Shown: in pieces, positions 56,301-64,000 of the stretch
Position numbering within the stretch: position 1 is the stretch's first letter
How the letters are laid out: every line of letters starts with the position of its first letter
Assembly (NCBI RefSeq): GCF_009914755.1
Contig: NC_060935.1
Origin: the human T2T-CHM13v2.0 reference genome, Homo sapiens
Strand: one strand, 5' to 3'
Length of the DNA stretch: 64,000 bases
Translations under genes and position numbers: made by a program
The notes under the pieces: model-generated
The model's database searches: none
Seen by the model: only the letters and a program-made list of their open reading frames with translations
Told to the model about the DNA's origin: nothing

Positions 56301-59300
56301 GGTTGAATGTTTCTAGGTATTTATCTATTTTTCTAGGGTTTCTAGCTTGTGTGCATAGAGGTTTTCATAGTAGTCTCTGAGGGTTGTTGTTGTTTTTCCC
56401 CTTGGGGTCAGTAGTAATGTCCCCTTTGTCATTTCTGATTGTGTTTATTAGGATCTTTTCCTTTATTTATTACTTTAGCTAGCACTTTATCTATTTTTTT
56501 ATTCATTCAAAAAATTAACTTCTGAATTCATTGATCTTTTGTATGGTTTTTCACATCTCAATTTCTTTCAGTTCAACTCTGATTTTGATTATTTCTTGTC
56601 TTCTGCTAGCTTTGGGATGGGTTTGCTATTGTTTCTCTAATTCCTCTAAGTGTAATGTAGGTTGTTAATTTGAAATCTTTCGAATTTTCGATGTGGGCAT
56701 TTAACACTATAAAGTTCCCTTTTAACATTACTTTACCTGTGTCCCAGAGGTTCTGATATGTTGGATTTTTTTTTCTCATTAGTTTCAAAGAACTCCTTGA
56801 TTTCTGTCTTAATTTCATTGATTACTCAATAGTCATTTAGGAGCAGGTTAATTTCCATGTAAATGTATGCTTTTGAGCAATTTTCTTAGTACTGATTTCT
56901 AATTTTATTGTGCTGTTGTCTAAGAGTGTGGTTGGTATAATTTTGTTTTCTTTTTAATTTGCTGAGAATTTTTTATGGCCAATTGTGTGGTCCGTTTTAC
57001 AGTATGTACCATATGCAGATGAGAAGAATGTATGTTCTGTTGGTTTGGGGTGGAGAGTTCTACAGATGTCTTTTAGGTTAATTTGGTCAAGTGTTGAGGC
57101 TTTATATTCCCTCCACAGCTGGGAGGCAGCAGGGGAAGGGACTTTGGCAGTGGTTGTGGCAAAGGGCTGTTACCTTGTCTCTTGAGGCTCCACCCCAAAG
57201 AGATGTGAAGCAGCTATCCATCAGTGTGATTGGCGTGGGGCGTGGGGGGAGGTTGCCTGGTGACAAGGAAAGGTGGCAGGGGCCTCACAGGGGTGATCAA
57301 CTGGTTTCTGCTTCTTAGGGCAGTTACAGCTTGCTGGAGGTGTGATTAAAGAACTCAGGGTCTTTGCTCCTTTTCCAGTCTAAGGGCAGCAAGGGCAGTA
57401 CCCTACAGTAGTGGTGGAGGGGCTTTTAGTTGTTTCTGGAAGCTCCACCTCAGAGAAACACAGAATGGCTGCTACTGGGAATGTTAAGATAGGAGTTGAG
57501 GAAGCTGCACTGCTGGCCCTGCTTGGTGACGAGGGGTGGGGTCAAGGGTTCACAAGAATGAGAGACTGGGCTAATCTTATGGTAACCGAGACATGCATGG
57601 GAAGAAAAGTCCTCAGGCTCTTTGTTTCTTCCCCTGACTGAGGGCAGCAGGGGTGGAACTGCTGCCATGGCAGTGGCAGAAGGGTTGTCCATTACTTCTG
57701 GGAAACCCTCCCTAAGAAATCACAGAGCCACTGCCAGTGGCTATGCTCAACCAGGGGTGGGACAGCTGTTCTGTGGTCCCTAGCCAGGGCACTGCCTAGT
57801 GAAGAGTGGGTAGTGGGGGTTCACAGAGAAGAGAGATGGGGCTCCTCTCTGTATGTCAGCTACAGTATTCTGCAGGTGCCAGTATAGTGTCCAGGTCCTT
57901 TGTTCTTTCCACAGCTGAGGGTAGTAAGGTTGGTAACACTGCAGCTGCAATGGCAAAGGGTTTGTGGGTTGTCTTGGGAATTTCCTTCTCAGAGAAATGC
58001 AGAGCCACCACTGACTGAAGTGTTCAGGCAGGGGCAGGGTGGTTGTGCTGGGGGCCCAGGTTGACAGGCACTGCCCAGTGAAGAGTAGTGGGGGTGGGGA
58101 CCCCGTGAGAAACAGTCTGGCAGCTTCTCCATAAGGCAGTTGTGCAGTGCTGAGGGCCCATGTCAGTTCCCAACCACTGCACCTTCGGTTGAGGCTGAGG
58201 GCAACAGGAATGATGGCTGTAGAACAGTCAAAATGGCAGCCTGCTACCTCTGGGAGCTCCGTCCCAGGAAGTCCAGAGCTGTCATCAGCCCAAGAGCCCA
58301 TGTGGGGGATGGCTAGAGTCCCAGGTTGGGTGGCCCTGCCCAGTGAGAAGTAGTGGGGATGGGGACTTGCTTGCAAAGTGGTCTGGCCATTTTTCTGTAA
58401 GGTGGCTGCTCTGTGCTGGGGGATCCACATTAGTTCCTAATCACTGTGCACCCTCCCAAGCCTGAGGGCAATAGGAGTGATGGCTGCAGAGCAGCAAAAA
58501 TGGCAGCTTGCCTCTCCTTCCGGAAGCTCTGTCCCAGGGTAATGCAGAGCTGCTCCTAGCCCAAGACCTCAGGAGGGGCTGGGGTGGCCTTGCTAGGGTC
58601 CCTGGCTAGTAGACCTTACCCTGTGAAGTGCAGTGGAAATAAGGCCTGCAGTGCATAGCTGCTCAGCCCTGTGGATTGAGCCCCTTTCCTGGGGCAAGCA
58701 AGGGAGCCTAGTCTCCCCCAAGGCTGGAGCTGCAGCCACTGGTGCTGGGCTGCTGGGAGATCCAAGGACCCCAGGACTCTGCATGTGCCTGAGCAGCAGC
58801 TTTGCCCAGACTCCACATAGCTCCCTGTGTCAGTCTGGAGGCCCCAGTTTGGGGACTCATGGGGGATCTCCTGAGCCCAGGGTTGCAAATATCCATGGCA
58901 GAAGTGTGAGTACCCAAGGGCTCTCACTCACTCACCATTTTCCCATAGTGGGGGGCCTCCCCTGGCTCTGTGCCACTCCCAGATGGGCAGTTGTCCTATC
59001 TCACTCTTCTCCGTTCTCCATGGGTCATGTTGCTTCCTTGATGAATCCTATTGTGTCCACCTGGATATTCCAGTTGAAGAGCTAATGTTTACTCAACACT
59101 TTTCTTCTCTCTCAGTGACAGCGGCATACACTAGCTGCTTCTATTTAGCCATCTGGCTGGCACAAACAACATTTTCCTTATACAATCTACCATTGACGGT
59201 CATCTAGGTTGATTCCATGATACTGGAATCATGAATAGTGTTGTGATTAACATACGAGTGCATGTGTCTTTTTGATGGAGTGATTTTTTTTTCTTTTGGG

Positions 59301-60002
59301 TATATACCCAGTAATGGGATTTCTAGATCAAATGCTAGTTCTAAGTTATTTGAGGAATCTCTAAATTGCTTTCCACAGTGCCTGAACTCATTTGCATTCC
59401 AACCAACGGTGTATAAGCATTCCCTTTTCTCTGCAACCTCACCAACATCTTTTATTTTTTGACTTTTTAATAATAGCAATTCTGACTGGTATTAGATGGT
59501 ATCGAACTGAGGTTTTGATTTGCATTTCTCTAATGATTAGTGATGTTGAGCATGTTTTATATGTTTGTTGGGCACTTGTATGTCTTCTTTTGAGAAGTGT
59601 CTATTCATGTCCTGAGCCCATTTTCTAATGGAGTTACTTGTTTTTAGTTTATTGAATTCTTCAAGTCCCTTAAGCAATTGTCAGGTTCATAGTTTTGAGT
59701 ATTTTCTCCCATTCCGCAGGTTGTCGGTTTACTCTGCTGATAGTTGCTTTTGCTGTGTAGAAGTTTTTTAGTTTAATTAGGTTCCACTTGTTAACTTTTG
59801 TTTTTGTTGCAATTGTTTTTGAGGACTTGAAATAAAACCACAAATATACAACCATCTGACCTTTGACAAAGTTGCCCAAAAAAAGAACAATGGGGAAAAG
59901 ACTCCCTATTCAATGAATGGTGCTGGCATAACTGGTTAGCCATATGCAAAGGAATGAAAATGGACTCTTAGCTTTGACCATATACAAAAGTAACTCGAGA
60001 TG
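53310..60002 (-). mobile_element. Host L1 (L1PA16-like), 5'-truncated and inverted; pieces 53310-53716, 59166-59828 and inverted 59829-60002
   Basis: 3' end GGGGGTACATGCGCAGGTTAGTTACATG; sequence resumes collinearly after the inner element; strand switch at 59828/59829. Confidence 0.88.
53717..59165 (-). mobile_element. Nested L1 (L1PA13-16 age class) with 5'UTR and decayed ORF2 but no ORF1
   Basis: Own 3' end at 53717, ORF2 remnants ([23 protein letters not shown]; [12 protein letters not shown]), GC-rich 5'UTR about 57098-59165; TSD ACAACATTTTC(T/C)TT at 53703-53716 and 59166-59179. Confidence 0.9.
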
Positions 60003-60902
60003 TTTTATTTGTTCACCCTCATGATTATTCTTCTGTTCCTTAGGGTCATGAGTTCTTAAGCATGAGCTAAACAAAACTGTGGATATTTATTAGTCTCACT
60101 TTTTAATTCTTTGCTTTATCATATTAATAATCTATTTAGGATAGATTATACAGAAGTTTTTAACATGCTTTCTGAACAGCAGGGATACTGAAGGCTGAAG
60201 GTGCCTGGAAAGTTCAAATAAGATGCCCTAGGAGTTCTTTACTAAATTTCACCAAGTTGATCATAAAATATCAGTATGATTCAGAGGAAAAACATAAGAG
60301 ACAAATCATCACAGTTTTGTGTGAAATTGTGAGAGTTGTTTAACCTCTTTCATCTTCAATTCCTCATGAGTAAAAATATTATCAATAATACCTACCATGC
60401 AAGTTTGCCATGAGGACAAAACCTAGAGTTAGTCTCAGGTACACCAAGATGGTAGCAAAAAGGCCTTTTCTCATGACACAAGGTAGCGGACATTTTCCCC
60501 TTAATTTCTCATCCACATGCAACTGTTCTACCTTTTATTCTTTTTAGAGTGACCACATGTCTTTTAGGAAATATCAAGAATATAGTTTCAGTTTTAAGAT
60601 TGGGGATCCCAGGTAAGACAACTGCAGTAGTCCTAATTTGAGGTCAGCACAAGTCACTAAATGTTATTTACAGGTTATACAAACGTTATTATGGATTATC
60701 ACACATCTCAAAGGATTCCAAAAATTGTGTAATATATAATATATCCTTCAGCTAAATGATCTAATTTGTTAAAATCATCATTGCTTTTTCATTAACAGCA
60801 TGAGGTTTGGAATTTGACCTCCTAGTTTAAATTTCAAACCTTGTCTATGTACAATCTTCATGCTAAGTTACTTAATCTCTCTGAGCCTCAACTAACTTTC
60901 TT

Positions 60903-60919
60903 TCTCTCTCTCTCTCTTC

Positions 60920-60964
<45 letters not shown>
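60903..60964. repeat. (TC)n plus perfect (TG)21 microsatellite within a MIR
   Basis: TG run 60923-60964; flanks AAGTTACTTAATCTCTCTGAGCCTCA and AAATAGAGATAATAGTTCCTACTTCACAGG are MIR. Confidence 0.95.
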
Positions 60965-60967
<3 letters not shown>

Positions 60968-62431
60968 TAGAGATAATAGTTCCTACTTCACAGGATTTTT
61001 AAGGTAATTAAATATAATAACACATACCGATACTCAGTACATTTCCTGGCACAAAGAAAAACTCAGTAAATGCTAACCATTGATGCTCAAAGACATACAT
61101 TGCTGCTGAGGACACAGGGCTCTTTGTATCCCATTAACAGTTTACCTGGCTCGCTTTTTCATAAGTAAACAGCCCACATTTCCCCTTTTCCCTTTTCGTT
61201 AGATGAGTAACTCCCAAGTAGATCCCTGAGCATCATGGGATTTTGAAGTATATTTATGGTATAATTTAGAAAACGATATTGATTCTACTTGTAGCCCATA
61301 TTGAAAGGTATCTCAAACAAAACAAATCTGTCTCACTCCATCTGACTATTCTTCTGGAAGAAGCTAAAACTATATAGTTAATTAGACATAATTCAAGTTT
61401 CTTCTCTATTGTAAATATGTTCCCTTCACATGCCTTAAAATGACATATTTCTTCACCTTCGATGACATCGTGCTTTGGAAGTTTGTTCCAGATGGTCTCT
61501 GGAATTGATTTATTACAGTTTACATGTTAGGAAATATATTTCAAAGCATTTCTCTCCAAAGCTCCTATGTCAAATGAATGGGGACTGGGCTGAGTCCCTG
61601 GGTGTCTTCTTAAGAATCAACCACCATTACTGAGCAAGACTTCATCAGAAATACCCTGGCATGTTCAATCAATGCAACACAAAGCCTCCATGGGTAAGTT
61701 AGAAGTGTTCTTTGTGGAATGCTATTTATTATATTAGTCAGTTCTCGCTCATGCAAAACTGTAACTAGACTGTGTCCTCAAATCCATAGCAAATAAACAA
61801 TCAGTTATGGTTATCATGAGCGTATATTTCATTATATAATTAGCATTGCTTATCTTCAATGTCATAAGCAGAACTTTGTTAAATTAATGAAGAAGTTGAG
61901 ATAATAGGACACAAATGTTTTCATGCTTTTCATTCTATAATTTATGACTAGGACTTATATGTGGGATCAGGAGAGAGGAACAGGATAGGTTAGGGCTAAA
62001 CACTCAAGGACTCACCCCAGTCCCCACTCATTTAACATAGGCACTTTGGATGGAACTGCTTTGAAATAGTATTTTCTAATCTATGAACTGTAAAATACAT
62101 ATACATCTTAAAGCTTCTATCTCCCAAAACCAAGTACCTTTTCCTGAAAGTAACATTGTTCATACTAATAGCTTCTTACATATCTTTCCAAAAAATGCAT
62201 ATTTTAGCATATACATAGATGCCTTTAGTTGGAAAGAATCATATAGAATGTTAAGTCATGCTTTCTTTTACTAGTAAGTTATGAGAGAGATCACCTATAT
62301 CAGCACAAACAGGTTGACCTCATTCTTTGTTAAGGTTTTGTACTCCCTACTCTGTTTTATTCTATTTTAGGGCTATATCAAGATATATTTAACACGTTCC
62401 ATGTAGGAACCATGTGGTTTTATTATTTTAA

Positions 62432-62812
<381 letters not shown>

Positions 62813-62954
62813 CTAACTCTTGGTGTATTTCCTTATTCTTCTGAAGTACATCTTCCAGTAGCATCCTAAGAAGGACAAAAAATTGTCTTCTATCCTCACT
62901 CGTTTGGAATATCTTCATCACACCATTAAATTTGGTTGATAATGTGGCTGGATA

Positions 62955-64000
62955 CATTGGCAATATTAACAAGTACCCAAAGTTTACTGGCTTAAAACAA
63001 AACCATTTATTACATGATTCTGTTATTCAGCAATCTGGGCTGGTATCAGCTGGGTGGTCCCTTTGGTCTAGGCAGGTCTAGGCTCTTTTACCGTAGTCAG
63101 CTGGAGGTCAGCTGGTGGATAGAAGATTGAAATGGCCTTATTTATATGACCCAGACCTTGGTTGGGACAGCTGGCACAAGTGGACCTTCTTTCCATATTG
63201 TTCTCTAACCATGTGCAGTGAGTTACTTATGTAGTGGTGGTCACAGAGTTCCCAAATTCCACTCTTCTTGCATTATAGTGGCTAATTTACTATCAGCTGA
63301 AGCAAGTCACATGGCTAAGCCCAGAGTCAGAGAGAGGACCCTCAAAGTTACATGGCAGGGGGGCATAAATTCAAGGAGGAAAAGAATGTATGGTTGTTTT
63401 CCCAATCTATCACATGATACGGTCTGGCCACAAACATTCTATATTCTTTTATTCTACATAAAATATGTCAATCCCATTCTAGAATCCCCAAAATGCCATC
63501 CTATTGTGGCATCAACCTTGAAGTTCAAAGTCTCCTAACCTATACAATGTGTGGTGTAATTCCTTAGGAGTGGATCCTCTTGATGTACATGAACTAAAAA
63601 TTACAATTTGTCTGATCCGCACAAACCTAAGTTACAATGGTAGAAAATGGAAATCAGTATTCCTATTCCAGTGGGAGGCACATAGTATTACTGCTTCATT
63701 ATCATTCTGAAGTCTTGTAGAGCATAAGTTGACAGGTTGCCCTACACGCAGGCCTGGAAATATTCTTTGACTAGGAGTCACTTGGTTCCTACTGAGTGGC
63801 TCCTCAGTACATTGCCTCTTACCACTTCCTCTGAATGTTTCTCTAGTCCATTCTTCTCCACATCTCTTGACTCTGAACTGTGGGCTTTTTGTCCTCTGAG
63901 AAGTCCTTTCTTCTCCATAAAAAATAGATACCATTTGCATCTGTGTTACTTTCTTATCCTGTTTCCTTACAATTAAAATTTGAAGGTCTGAAGGCCTTTT
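62955..64000 (-). mobile_element. Old MaLR LTR (about 62955-63413) with adjoining putative MLT1-int sequence
   Basis: TGGCTTAAAACAAAACCATTTATT...AAGCAAGTCACATGGCTAAGCCCAGAGTCA...CTATCACA, then CCCCAAAATGCCATCC...GGATCCTCTTGAT-type internal motifs. Confidence 0.6.

Noticed and set aside
57780-59085. Several 100-216 aa ORFs
   Set aside because: Chance open frames in a GC-rich L1 5'UTR.

Overview
This is hominoid (human or great-ape type) non-coding genomic DNA, not microbial. It is AT-rich and CpG-depleted, and roughly half is recognisable interspersed repeat: AluJ/S/Y, L1PA to L1M, L2, MIR, MaLR LTRs, Tigger1 and hAT fragments. I can support no cellular protein-coding exon, RNA gene or CRISPR array. 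The longest ORFs are pieces of dead L1 elements or chance frames inside repeats. The best-supported discovery is a full-length minus-strand L1PA2/3-type element (13923-19965) carrying a ~220-bp 3' transduction with a second poly(A) tail, all enclosed by a perfect 17-bp TSD that splits a MIR. Three extra 5' bases suggest the TSD of its source element. Other notable structures are a twin-primed L1 fragment inverted relative to its own poly(A), an old L1 nested in another L1 (ORF1 deleted, ~270-bp monomeric 5'UTR), a near-perfect 30-bp triplication in an ancient LTR, and a candidate 4-nt minus-strand microexon in a repeat-poor island. Repeat subfamily names come from my recall of consensus sequences and need RepeatMasker/Dfam confirmation. 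Boundaries of old repeats are approximate. I could not identify the locus.
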